Origin: Candidatus Aphodoplasma sp.
GTDB lineage: Bacteria; Bacillota; Clostridia; UBA1381; UMGS1253
NCBI GenBank assembly: GCA_045541115.1
Contig: JAZQIM010000003.1
Location: forward strand, 14,663 to 78,662
Reading direction: 5' to 3'
DNA length: 64,000 bases
A program made the position numbers and the translations under genes. The notes under the pieces were generated by a model. That model was not told the DNA's origin, did no database searches, and saw nothing but the letters and a program-made list of their open reading frames with translations. The stretch's first letter is position 1; each line of letters begins with the position of its first letter. This document shows, piece by piece, positions 41,330 to 49,911 of the stretch.

Positions 41330-41359
41330 AAGGTTTTGCGTAATTTTGCGCAAAACCTT
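41330..41359 (+). terminator. Intra-operon hairpin between dnaK and dnaJ (possible partial terminator / processing site)
   Basis: An 11-bp perfect stem, aaggttttgcg (41330-41340) with cgcaaaacctt (41349-41359), is followed by cctttcgtagctttttt. Confidence 0.45.
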
Positions 41360-41449
41360 CCTTTCGTAGCTTTTTTATGTTATCATATTAGTGCTTAAAT
41401 GTTTTAAGCAGGATATATACATAATTCTCTTATTTAAGGAGATGAATAC

Positions 41450-42601
41450 ATGGCTGACAAGCGTGATTATTACGAAGTGCTTGGCGTAAATAAAGATGCA
41501 AGCGACGAAGAAATAAAGAAGGCATATCGTGCTGCGGCAAAAAAATGCCATCCCGACCTTAATCCCGGTAAAGAAAAAGAGGCGGAAGAAAAATTTAAAG
41601 AAGTAAATGAAGCGTATGATGTGCTAAAAGACAGCGATAAACGCGCAAAATATGACAGATTTGGTCATGCGGGCGTCGACCCGAGCTATGGCGGCGGCTA
41701 CGGCGGCGGTGGCTACGGCGGCGGTTTTGGCGGATTTGACGTTGGAGATATATTCGAGTCATTCTTTGGCGGTGGTTTTGGTGGTGCAAGCTCACAGAGT
41801 GCGCGCAGAAACGGACCGAGAAAAGGCAAGGATGTTCAGCAGTACGTTGAAATCACATTTGAAGAGGCGGCTTTTGGCGTTGAAAAAGAGATAAATATTT
41901 ATCGCATGGAAAACTGCAAAAGCTGCGGTGGCAGCGGGGCGAAAAAAGGCACTTCGCCTGTGACATGCCCTGTGTGTGGTGGCAGCGGTCAGATTCGCAC
42001 CACACAGCGCACGCCTTTTGGTAATTTTTCATCTGCTGCAACGTGTAATAACTGCGGAGGCAGCGGTCAGAAAATTGAAAATCCGTGTCCTGATTGTAAA
42101 GGCAGTGGTCAAATTAAAGTTCAGCGCAAAATTAACGTTAAAATTCCTGCCGGCATTGATGATGGGCAGACAATAACACTTCGCTCGGAGGGCAGTGCGG
42201 GAATTAAAGGCGGGCCGAACGGCGATTTATATATAACTATATCAATAAAAAAGCATGAGTTATTTTCAAGAAATGGTTTTGATGTAACTTTTGAGATGCC
42301 GATCAGCTTTGTTTCAGCTGCACTTGGCGATACGATACGCGTGCCTACGCTTGACGGAGAGGTTGAACATAAAATTGCCGAGGGAACGCAGAGCGGAGCA
42401 GTTTACAGATTCCGCGGTAAAGGCATACCTCACCTTAATGGACGCGGACGCGGCAATCAATACGTAAAATTTATTGTTGAAGTGCCGAAAGGGCTTAGTG
42501 AAAAGCAAAAAGAATTACTCCGTGAGTTTGATAAACTCGACAACGGAAACAACAAAGAGCGCGGAAAGTTTTTTGATATGTTAAATCGATTTAAAAAATA
42601 A
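41450..42601 (+). CDS. dnaJ: Molecular chaperone DnaJ (Hsp40, type I)
   Basis: The J-domain carries HPD (KCHPDLNP). A G/F-rich linker is followed by four CxxCxGxG zinc motifs ([32 protein letters not shown]). Confidence 0.97.
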   Translation: MADKRDYYEVLGVNKDASDEEIKKAYRAAAKKCHPDLNPGKEKEAEEKFKEVNEAYDVLKDSDKRAKYDRFGHAGVDPSYGGGYGGGGYGGGFGGFDVGDIFESFFGGGFGGASSQSARRNGPRKGKDVQQYVEITFEEAAFGVEKEINIYRMENCKSCGGSGAKKGTSPVTCPVCGGSGQIRTTQRTPFGNFSSAATCNNCGGSGQKIENPCPDCKGSGQIKVQRKINVKIPAGIDDGQTITLRSEGSAGIKGGPNGDLYITISIKKHELFSRNGFDVTFEMPISFVSAALGDTIRVPTLDGEVEHKIAEGTQSGAVYRFRGKGIPHLNGRGRGNQYVKFIVEVPKGLSEKQKELLREFDKLDNGNNKERGKFFDMLNRFKK

Positions 42602-42630
42602 TATTGAAAATAATATAAGGATAGTATATA

Positions 42631-42672
42631 ATTAACGCATACGGATTTGTTTCGTATGCGTTAATTTATAAT
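42631..42672 (+). terminator. Rho-independent terminator of the dnaK operon
   Basis: A 13-bp stem, attaacgcatacg with cgtatgcgttaat, is followed by a T-rich tract (tttataattt). Confidence 0.7.
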
Positions 42673-42685
42673 TTGGAGAGAGTTT

Positions 42686-43138
42686 ATGACACGTATATTA
42701 TTTATATGTCACGGCAATATATGCAGAAGTCCTATGGCAGAGTTTATTTTTAAAGATATGGTAGAGAAGATGGGCAGAAGTGACGAGTTTAATATTTCCT
42801 CTGCTGCTACACACTATGATGAAATAGGAAGCCCGGTTCACTATGGTACGGCGAAAATTTTAGATAAGTTAGGAATATCATATTCACAAAAAAGAGCTGT
42901 GCATCTGGAAAAATCAGATTACGAAAAATATGATTATTTAATATGTATGGATAATGCCAATGTGCGTAATACTATACGAATCGTAGGCGATGATAAAGAT
43001 AAAAAAGTACACAAACTGCTTGAGTTTGCGGGCTTGGATGCAGATGTTGCTGATCCGTGGTATACCGGAAATTTTGATGAAACTTACAGAGATGTTTTAA
43101 CAGGTTGTGAAGGGCTTTTGAGATTTTTAGACAGATAA
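42686..43138 (+). CDS. Low-molecular-weight protein tyrosine phosphatase
   Basis: 150 aa with the CX5R(S) P-loop (ICHGNICRSPMAE) and a catalytic DP (DVADPWY). Confidence 0.88.
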   Translation: MTRILFICHGNICRSPMAEFIFKDMVEKMGRSDEFNISSAATHYDEIGSPVHYGTAKILDKLGISYSQKRAVHLEKSDYEKYDYLICMDNANVRNTIRIVGDDKDKKVHKLLEFAGLDADVADPWYTGNFDETYRDVLTGCEGLLRFLDR

Positions 43139-43156
43139 GTTAAAGGGGGGCTTAAA

Positions 43157-45157
43157 ATGAGCAGGAAAACAAAAAGAAGAATTTTGGAAATTGATCCTTA
43201 TTTGGCACCTTACGAAAAAGACATTGACTTGAGAATGGAGCTTTTTACTAATAAAAAGAGAGAACTCTTAGACGGAAAGAGAAAGATAAAAAGCTTTGCA
43301 AATGCCCATAATTATTTTGGTTTTCATCAAAGTAAAGCAGGCTGGGTATACAGAGAATGGGCACCTGCTGCAGATATGATGTATCTTACGGGAGATTTTA
43401 ATAACTGGTCTGTATATGATTGCCCCATGACAAAGCTAGATAATGGCATCTTTGAGGTTGAATTAAAAGGAAAAAATGCGTTAAAGGCCGGACAGAAAGT
43501 TCAGGCGATTGTTGTTAATTCAGGAAAGCTTCTTCGCCGTATTCCTGTTTATGCAACGAGAGTTGTGCAGGATCCGCAAACGTATTTATGGAGCGCAGAG
43601 ATAGAAGATACATCCGAAAAATTTAAGTGGACGGATGAAGGATTTGTGCCGTCAAAAACACCTTTTATATATGAATGTCATATAGGTATGGCGCAGGAAA
43701 AGGGAGCTGTAGGTACGTATCGTGAATTTAAAGATAATATACTTCCGCGAATTAAGGAATTAGGATATAATACGATACAGATAATGGCAATTATGGAGCA
43801 TCCATATTATGGCTCATTTGGTTATCAGGTCTCAAATTTCTATGCTGCATCTTCAAGATATGGAAGCGGCAGAGACTTAAAAGAACTTATAAATACTGCA
43901 CATAGCATGGGCATTGCGGTTTTACTTGATATAGTCCATTCTCATGCAGTAAAAAACACTAACGAAGGTTTAAACGAATTTGACGGAACTACGTATCAGT
44001 TCTTTCACGAAGGACAAAAGGGCGACCATAGCGCATGGGGAACAAAACTTTTTAATTACGCTAAAAACGAAGTGCTTCATTTTCTGCTTTCGAATTTAAA
44101 ATATTGGATGGAAGTTTTCCATTTTGACGGATTTCGCTTTGACGGCGTAACATCTATGCTCTATCATGACCATGGACTTGGAAGCGCTTTTACAAATTAT
44201 GATATGTATTTTTCTATGAATACGGACACTGATGCTGTTGTTTATCTGCAACTTGCAAACGAATTGATACATGAAATAAATCCAAATGCAATCACTATAG
44301 CAGAAGATATGTCAGGTATGCCGGGCATGTGCATTCCAATAAAGGATGGCGGCATAGGATTTGATTACAGACTGTCTATGGGTGTTCCTGATTTATGGAT
44401 TAAGATGATTAAAGAATACAGCGATGACGAGTGGGATATTGCAAAGCTCTGGTATGAGCTGACAGCGCGTCGTGATGGCGAAAAGAATATAGGTTACTGC
44501 GAATCTCATGACCAGGCACTTGTTGGCGATAAGACGATAATGTTTAGACTTTGCGACAAGGAAATGTATACCGGCATGAATAAATTTGGCGCGAATCCTA
44601 TTATAGACAGAGGAATTGCGCTTCACAAGATGATACGTCTTGTTACTTCGTCTCTTGCAGGCGAAGGATACCTCAATTTTATGGGAAATGAATTTGGACA
44701 TCCTGAATGGATAGATTTTCCGCGCGAGGGAAATAACTGGAGCTATCATTATTGCCGCAGACAGTGGTCTTTGGTAGACAATTCGGATTTAAGATACCGC
44801 GAACTTAATGATTTTGACAAGTCTATGATAAAGCTTCTGAAAGATGAAAACATACTTTCATTAAAAGCTGAAAACAGATGGATGCATCAGGATGATAAAA
44901 TACTCATTTATACTAAAGGCAATAACGTGTTTATTTTTAATTTCCATCCTACAAAATCGTTTGAAGGGTATTTTGTTCCGGTTGGTATAGAAGGAGAGTA
45001 TAGTGTAGCTCTTTCGAGCGATGACGGTAAGTTTGGCGGATTTTCGCGCATAGATACATCAGCCTCGTACAAAACGGATATAACACCTGCAGGATGGATC
45101 GGTTTTAAATGTTATTTGCCAAGCAGGAGTGCATTTGTTTTAAAGAAAAATGAGTAA
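43157..45157 (+). CDS. glgB: 1,4-alpha-glucan branching enzyme (GH13, eukaryote-like subfamily)
   Basis: 666 aa with GH13 regions DIVHSH, DGFRFDGVTSMLY, IAEDMSGMPG and YCESHDQALVGDK. The N-terminus has a CBM48-like segment (YREWAPAA...LTGDFNNW). Confidence 0.87.
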   Translation: MSRKTKRRILEIDPYLAPYEKDIDLRMELFTNKKRELLDGKRKIKSFANAHNYFGFHQSKAGWVYREWAPAADMMYLTGDFNNWSVYDCPMTKLDNGIFEVELKGKNALKAGQKVQAIVVNSGKLLRRIPVYATRVVQDPQTYLWSAEIEDTSEKFKWTDEGFVPSKTPFIYECHIGMAQEKGAVGTYREFKDNILPRIKELGYNTIQIMAIMEHPYYGSFGYQVSNFYAASSRYGSGRDLKELINTAHSMGIAVLLDIVHSHAVKNTNEGLNEFDGTTYQFFHEGQKGDHSAWGTKLFNYAKNEVLHFLLSNLKYWMEVFHFDGFRFDGVTSMLYHDHGLGSAFTNYDMYFSMNTDTDAVVYLQLANELIHEINPNAITIAEDMSGMPGMCIPIKDGGIGFDYRLSMGVPDLWIKMIKEYSDDEWDIAKLWYELTARRDGEKNIGYCESHDQALVGDKTIMFRLCDKEMYTGMNKFGANPIIDRGIALHKMIRLVTSSLAGEGYLNFMGNEFGHPEWIDFPREGNNWSYHYCRRQWSLVDNSDLRYRELNDFDKSMIKLLKDENILSLKAENRWMHQDDKILIYTKGNNVFIFNFHPTKSFEGYFVPVGIEGEYSVALSSDDGKFGGFSRIDTSASYKTDITPAGWIGFKCYLPSRSAFVLKKNE

Positions 45158-45200
45158 GAATATGAGCAAAAGAGAAAATTGAAAGGACGATCAGATTTAT

Positions 45201-46559
45201 ATGAACAACGAAAAAAGAAGCAATTTTACAGGCAAAATCGGTTTTGTGCTTGCAGCAGCGGGCTCGGCTGTTGGGCTTGGAAACATTTGGCGTTTTCCGT
45301 ATCTTGCGGCGAAGTATGGCGGTGGAATATTTTTGCTCGTATATATTTTGCTTGCGGTAACTTTTGGTTTTACGCTTATGGTAGCAGAAATAGCTATCGG
45401 AAGAAAAACCGGACTCAGTGCAATTGAGGCGTTTAAGTCGCTTAACAAAAAATATGCTTTTATTGGATATCTTGGAGCTATAATTCCTGCAATAATACTT
45501 CCATATTATTCAGTTATAGGCGGCTGGGTAATGAAATACTTGTGGGTGTTTATGAGCGGCGGCGCGGCTAGTGCATCGACAGATGCATATTTTGGCGGCT
45601 TTATATCACAAGTTGGAGAACCGATTTTCTGGTTTTCGCTATTTTTAGGCTTTACCGCAATAGTAGTGCTTTTTGGTGTAGAAAAAGGTATAGAAAAAGT
45701 CAGTAAGATAATGATGCCTGTGCTTATTGTATTATCGTTAATTATTGCTGTTTATTCTGTATGTATGCCGGGTGCACTTGAAGGTGTAAAATATTATTTA
45801 ATGCCTGATTTCAGCAAATTTTCGGCTACTACAGTTCTTGCGGCTATGGGACAATTGTTTTATTCAATGTCGCTTGCAATGGGTATAATGATTACATATG
45901 GTTCGTACATGAAAAAAGATGTTAGCCTTGAATCTTCAGTTACACAGATAGAGCTTTTCGATACAGGTATTGCATTTATTGCAGGCCTTATGATTATTCC
46001 TGCAGTATTTGCCTTCTCGGGCGGCACTCCCGAGGCACTTGGCAAAGGACCTAGCCTTATGTTTATTACACTTCCCAAAGTGTTTAATTCTATGGCAGGC
46101 GGAACATATATCGGAATAATATTTTTCTTGCTTGTTTTATTTGCGGCGCTTACGTCATCAATATCGCTTATGGAAACGGTTGTATCGATTGTGTGCGACA
46201 AATTTAAAGTGGGAAGAAAGCTTTCCTGCGTTTTAGTTTTGTTATTATCTTTAGCGCTCGGACTTTTGTCTTCGCTTGGAAACGGTATTTGGGCAAACGT
46301 AAAAATACTTGGACTACAGTTTCTTGATTTCTTCGACTTTATAAGCAATAGTGTTCTAATGCCGATAGTTGCGTTCTTTACATGTGTTTTTGTCGGCTAT
46401 GTTATAAAACCACAAGCCATTTCCGATGAAGTTGAACTGTCAGGATCGTTTAAAAGAAAGAAGCTTTTTATAGCTACTATAAAATACATAGCGCCTATAT
46501 GTATAGTACTAATACTGATATCGTCTGTACTTGATGTGTTTGGCGTGTTTAAAATATAA
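45201..46559 (+). CDS. Sodium-dependent transporter, neurotransmitter:sodium symporter (SNF) family
   Basis: 452 aa and polytopic, with the hallmark GSAVGLGNIWRFPYLAAKYGGG. Confidence 0.9.
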   Translation: MNNEKRSNFTGKIGFVLAAAGSAVGLGNIWRFPYLAAKYGGGIFLLVYILLAVTFGFTLMVAEIAIGRKTGLSAIEAFKSLNKKYAFIGYLGAIIPAIILPYYSVIGGWVMKYLWVFMSGGAASASTDAYFGGFISQVGEPIFWFSLFLGFTAIVVLFGVEKGIEKVSKIMMPVLIVLSLIIAVYSVCMPGALEGVKYYLMPDFSKFSATTVLAAMGQLFYSMSLAMGIMITYGSYMKKDVSLESSVTQIELFDTGIAFIAGLMIIPAVFAFSGGTPEALGKGPSLMFITLPKVFNSMAGGTYIGIIFFLLVLFAALTSSISLMETVVSIVCDKFKVGRKLSCVLVLLLSLALGLLSSLGNGIWANVKILGLQFLDFFDFISNSVLMPIVAFFTCVFVGYVIKPQAISDEVELSGSFKRKKLFIATIKYIAPICIVLILISSVLDVFGVFKI

Positions 46560-46590
46560 AAGTTATCAACAATAAAAAGGAGTATGTGAC

Positions 46591-47160
46591 ATGAAAAAAG
46601 TTGTTTTGCTTGGAGATTCAATAAGACTGATCGGATACGGCACAAAAGTTGCCGAATTATTAGGCGAAGGGTATGAGGTGTGGCAGCCGGAAGAGAATTG
46701 CAGATATTCTACATACACAATGCGCTTGCTTTTTGAATACCAAAAAGAAATTAAAGGTGCAGATGTAATTCATTGGAATAACGGATTGTGGGATGCGGTT
46801 GACTGTCTGTTTGGTGACGGGGCATTTACAAACATAGATATCTACGTACAAAACATGAAAAGAATGGCAAAGATTTTACTTGGCTATGGAAAAAAGGTTA
46901 TTTTTGCTACGACTACTCCTACAGGAGCTAAATATAACGATATAAGCGTGCTTGATAAGCACAATAACGAAAGGATAAAAGAATATAACGATGCGGTTGT
47001 TCCTGTGCTACAAGAGATGGGCGTAATAATAAACGATCTTCACAGCGTTGTAGATGGTCACACTGACGAGTATTTACTTGATGACAATCTGCATCTTAAC
47101 GAAAAAGGAATTGATGTATGCGCTAAAAAAGTTGTGGCAATGATTAAAGATGCAATCTAA
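46591..47160 (+). CDS. SGNH/GDSL-family hydrolase
   Basis: 189 aa. Block I is GDS (VVLLGDSIR), with a block III GxND-like segment (WNNGLWD) and block V DxxH (DDNLHLNEKG). Confidence 0.8.
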   Translation: MKKVVLLGDSIRLIGYGTKVAELLGEGYEVWQPEENCRYSTYTMRLLFEYQKEIKGADVIHWNNGLWDAVDCLFGDGAFTNIDIYVQNMKRMAKILLGYGKKVIFATTTPTGAKYNDISVLDKHNNERIKEYNDAVVPVLQEMGVIINDLHSVVDGHTDEYLLDDNLHLNEKGIDVCAKKVVAMIKDAI

Positions 47161-47167
47161 AAAACAA

Positions 47168-47194
47168 AAGACGCTTAATTAAGCGTCTTTTTTC
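47168..47194 (+). terminator. Rho-independent terminator
   Basis: aaagacgctt-aat-aagcgtcttt forms a perfect 10-bp stem followed by TTTT. Confidence 0.85.
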
Positions 47195-47213
47195 GTTATA
47201 CAAGCTTAATTGC

Positions 47214-47242
47214 TTGACATTATAAAATCAAAGTATTATAAT
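47214..47242 (+). promoter_or_regulatory. Consensus sigma-A promoter of thrS
   Basis: TTGACA (47214-47219), a 17-nt spacer and TATAAT (47237-47242) lie 36 nt upstream of the thrS ATG. Confidence 0.7.
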
Positions 47243-47277
47243 TATATAGATACTTTATAAAGATAGGAAGATGAAAT

Positions 47278-49041
47278 ATGAGTGAAAACGTAAATTACGA
47301 TGAACTTCGCACGCTGCGTCACAGTGCGTCGCACATATTAGCGCAGGCAGTAAAAAGATTATTTCCTGAAGTAAAGCTTGCGATAGGACCTGCAATTGAT
47401 AACGGCTTTTATTATGATTTTGATTCGGACAAACCGTTTACAGTTGACGACCTCGAAAAGCTTGAGGCGGAAATGAAGAAAATCGTAAAGGAAAATATAA
47501 AAATTGAAAGATTTGAGCTTGAGCGTAGCGAGGCTCTAAAGCTAATGGCTGACGAACCGTATAAAATTGAGCTTATAAATGATTTGCCTGAAGGTGAAGT
47601 TATATCGTTTTATAAGCAAGGCGACTTTACCGATTTATGCGCAGGCCCACACGTAAACTATACGAGCAAGGTTAAAGCATTTAAGCTTTTGAGTGCAACG
47701 GGTGCATACTGGCGCGGAAGCGAGAAGAACAAGATGCTTCAGCGCATATATGGTACGGCATACAAGACAAAGGAAGAGCTTGCAGAGCATTTAGAAAAGC
47801 TTGAAGAAGCAAAACGCCGTGACCATAATAGGCTCGGCAGAGAGCTTGAAATCTTTACTACATCAGAGCTGATTGGACAGGGCCTTCCCATAATGCTTCC
47901 AAAGGGCGCAAAAATTATGCAGATTTTAAAGCGCTTTGTAGAAGACACAGAGGAAGCGCATGGCTGGCTTCGTACAATTACGCCGTATATGGCAAAAAGC
48001 GACTTATATAAAGTATCGGGACATTGGGACCATTATCAAGATGGAATGTTTGTAATGGGCGATGAAGAAAAGGACAAAGAAGTCTTCGCGCTTCGTCCGA
48101 TGACATGCCCATTCCAATATCAGGCATATCTTAACAAGGCACGTTCATATCGTGATTTACCGCTTCGTTATGGCGAAACATCAACGCTTTTTAGAAATGA
48201 AGCATCTGGTGAAATGCACGGACTTATCCGTGTTCGTCAGTTTACAATTTCAGAGGGCCATTTGATGTGTACGCCTGAGCAGCTTGAAAGCGAATTTAAG
48301 AGCTGCCTTGAGCTTGCAATATACATGCTTAAGACACTTGGATTATATGAAGATGTATCGTATCGATTCTCTCAGTGGGATCCTGAAGATAAAGAAAAGT
48401 ATATCGGCACACCAGAGCAGTGGGACGAAGCACAGTCCACAATGCAAAAAATACTTGACCATCTTGAAATTCCATATGCAGTTGGCATTGGTGAAGCAGC
48501 GTTCTATGGACCGAAGCTTGATATACAGATAAAGAACGTTCATGGCAAGGAAGATACTCTTATTACGATTCAGGTTGACCAGATGCTTGCCGAAAAGTTT
48601 GGTATGGAGTATGTTGATGCAGACGGAAATAAGAAAAATCCGTACATCATACATCGTACATCAATCGGTTGTTATGAGCGTACACTTGCACTTCTTATCG
48701 AGAAGTATGCAGGGGCATTTCCGACATGGCTCGCGCCAACACAGGTTAAAGTGCTTGCGATTTCAGAAAAGCATGCGCAATATGCGACTGAAGTTTATGA
48801 AAAACTTCGTGCAGCGGGCATACGCGTAGAACTTGACATGAGAAATGAAAAAATCGGATATAAAATTCGTGAAGCACAGCTTGAAAAAGTTCCGTACATG
48901 CTTATAGCGGGCGATAAAGAGCAGGAAACACAGACTGTTTCCGTTCGTGCACGCAAGGTGGGAGACATGGGAGCGAAGAGTATTGAAGAATTTATTTCAC
49001 ATGTTCAAAAAGAAGTATATGAGAAAACTCTTAACTACTAA
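47278..49041 (+). CDS. thrS: Threonine--tRNA ligase (short form lacking the N-terminal TGS domain)
   Basis: 587 aa. It begins directly at the editing domain (RHSASHILAQAV, an HxxxH motif). Class II motifs (FRNEASGEMHGLIRVRQFT, HRTSIGCYERTLALLIE) and an anticodon-binding domain are present. Confidence 0.96.
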   Translation: MSENVNYDELRTLRHSASHILAQAVKRLFPEVKLAIGPAIDNGFYYDFDSDKPFTVDDLEKLEAEMKKIVKENIKIERFELERSEALKLMADEPYKIELINDLPEGEVISFYKQGDFTDLCAGPHVNYTSKVKAFKLLSATGAYWRGSEKNKMLQRIYGTAYKTKEELAEHLEKLEEAKRRDHNRLGRELEIFTTSELIGQGLPIMLPKGAKIMQILKRFVEDTEEAHGWLRTITPYMAKSDLYKVSGHWDHYQDGMFVMGDEEKDKEVFALRPMTCPFQYQAYLNKARSYRDLPLRYGETSTLFRNEASGEMHGLIRVRQFTISEGHLMCTPEQLESEFKSCLELAIYMLKTLGLYEDVSYRFSQWDPEDKEKYIGTPEQWDEAQSTMQKILDHLEIPYAVGIGEAAFYGPKLDIQIKNVHGKEDTLITIQVDQMLAEKFGMEYVDADGNKKNPYIIHRTSIGCYERTLALLIEKYAGAFPTWLAPTQVKVLAISEKHAQYATEVYEKLRAAGIRVELDMRNEKIGYKIREAQLEKVPYMLIAGDKEQETQTVSVRARKVGDMGAKSIEEFISHVQKEVYEKTLNY

Positions 49042-49082
49042 TTTGCGTTTTCATAAATAAGAAAAAATACATTAAAAAAGTG

Positions 49083-49111
49083 TTGACACATGGTATATTT
49101 TGTGTTAATAT
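49083..49111 (+). promoter_or_regulatory. Sigma-A-type promoter of the rplU-rpmA operon
   Basis: TTGACA (49083-49088), a 17-nt spacer and TAATAT (49106-49111) leave an untranslated leader of about 80 nt before rplU. Confidence 0.62.
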
Positions 49112-49199
49112 ATTATGGTAACCGCATAAGAAGGGTTTTAAATCTGTTTATACAGTACCCGCATTAGCGTGACTTCATTTTATAAGGAGGTGCAATTTT

Positions 49200-49508
49200 A
49201 TGTACGCAATTATTAAGACAGGCGGAAAACAGTACAAGGTTGCTGAGGGTGACACAATCTTTGTTGAAAAATTAGATGCACAGGTTGATGACACATACAC
49301 ATTTGATACTGTTTTAGCGATTGGTGGCGAAACTGTAAAGCTTGGCAGCCCTGTAGTTGAAGGTGCAAGTGTTACAGCAAAAGTTCTTAGACAGGCTAAG
49401 AGCAAGAAAGTTATCGTGTTTAAGTATAAGCCGAAGAAGACATATCGCAAAAAGCAGGGTCACAGACAACCCTACACAAAGCTACAGATTGAAAAGATCA
49501 ATGCGTAG
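49200..49508 (+). CDS. rplU: 50S ribosomal protein L21
   Basis: 102 aa starting [14 protein letters not shown], with an AAGGAGG RBS. Confidence 0.97.
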   Translation: MYAIIKTGGKQYKVAEGDTIFVEKLDAQVDDTYTFDTVLAIGGETVKLGSPVVEGASVTAKVLRQAKSKKVIVFKYKPKKTYRKKQGHRQPYTKLQIEKINA

Positions 49509-49550
49509 TTAGAAAATCAAAATATTGTTTGAAAGCTGAGGTGTATATAA

Positions 49551-49805
49551 ATGGCACATAAGAAAGGTATGGGATCGACCAAAAACGGTCGTGATAGTGA
49601 GTCGAAACGACTTGGTGTGAAAAGAGCTGACGGTCAGTTTGTTCTTGCAGGAAATATATTAGTAAGACAGCGCGGTACAAAAATTCACCCCGGTAACAAC
49701 GTTGGTATTGGTAGTGATGATACTTTATTTGCCCTAATAGACGGAAAGGTAAAGTTCGAGAGAAAAGGTAAAGACAAGAAACAGTGCAGCGTTTATACTG
49801 ATTAA
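49551..49805 (+). CDS. rpmA: 50S ribosomal protein L27 (no N-terminal propeptide)
   Basis: 84 aa starting [24 protein letters not shown]. An in-frame TAA lies immediately upstream of the ATG, and the RBS is GAGGTG. Confidence 0.97.
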   Translation: MAHKKGMGSTKNGRDSESKRLGVKRADGQFVLAGNILVRQRGTKIHPGNNVGIGSDDTLFALIDGKVKFERKGKDKKQCSVYTD

Positions 49806-49810
49806 TTTTA

Positions 49811-49840
49811 AAATCTCAGACTTTTTGTCTGAGATTTTTC
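49811..49840 (+). terminator. Rho-independent terminator of rplU-rpmA
   Basis: aaatctcagac-ttttt-gtctgagattt forms an 11-bp stem followed by TT. Confidence 0.85.
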
Positions 49841-49911
49841 ATTAGTATATTAAAATTTTTCAATATGTTAAAAATATAAACATAAAATTAACTCTTAAAA
49901 GGATGTAGTAT

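Noticed and set aside
41388-41412. CIRCE-like string ttagtgcttaaatgttttaagcagg upstream of dnaJ
   Set aside because: Both half-sites deviate at several positions from TTAGCACTC/GAGTGCTAA. Only a short 8-bp local hairpin (tgcttaaa/tttaagca) remains, so this is not a credible HrcA operator.
41687-41795. G-rich direct repeats (ggcggcggctacggcggcggtggctacggc...)
   Set aside because: This is the coding sequence of the DnaJ glycine/phenylalanine-rich linker ([14 protein letters not shown]), not an independent repeat element.
45179-45427. 82-aa plus-strand ORF overlapping the start of the SNF transporter gene
   Set aside because: It is out of frame with, and almost wholly inside, a gene carrying the hallmark GNIWRFPY motif. 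Its translation is Cys/Trp/Arg-rich nonsense.
49112-49199. Possible ribosomal-protein L21 leader RNA upstream of rplU
   Set aside because: A leader of about 80 nt exists and such an element is known in Firmicutes. However, I could not identify a convincing conserved stem by eye. A covariance-model scan (Rfam L21_leader) is needed before calling it.
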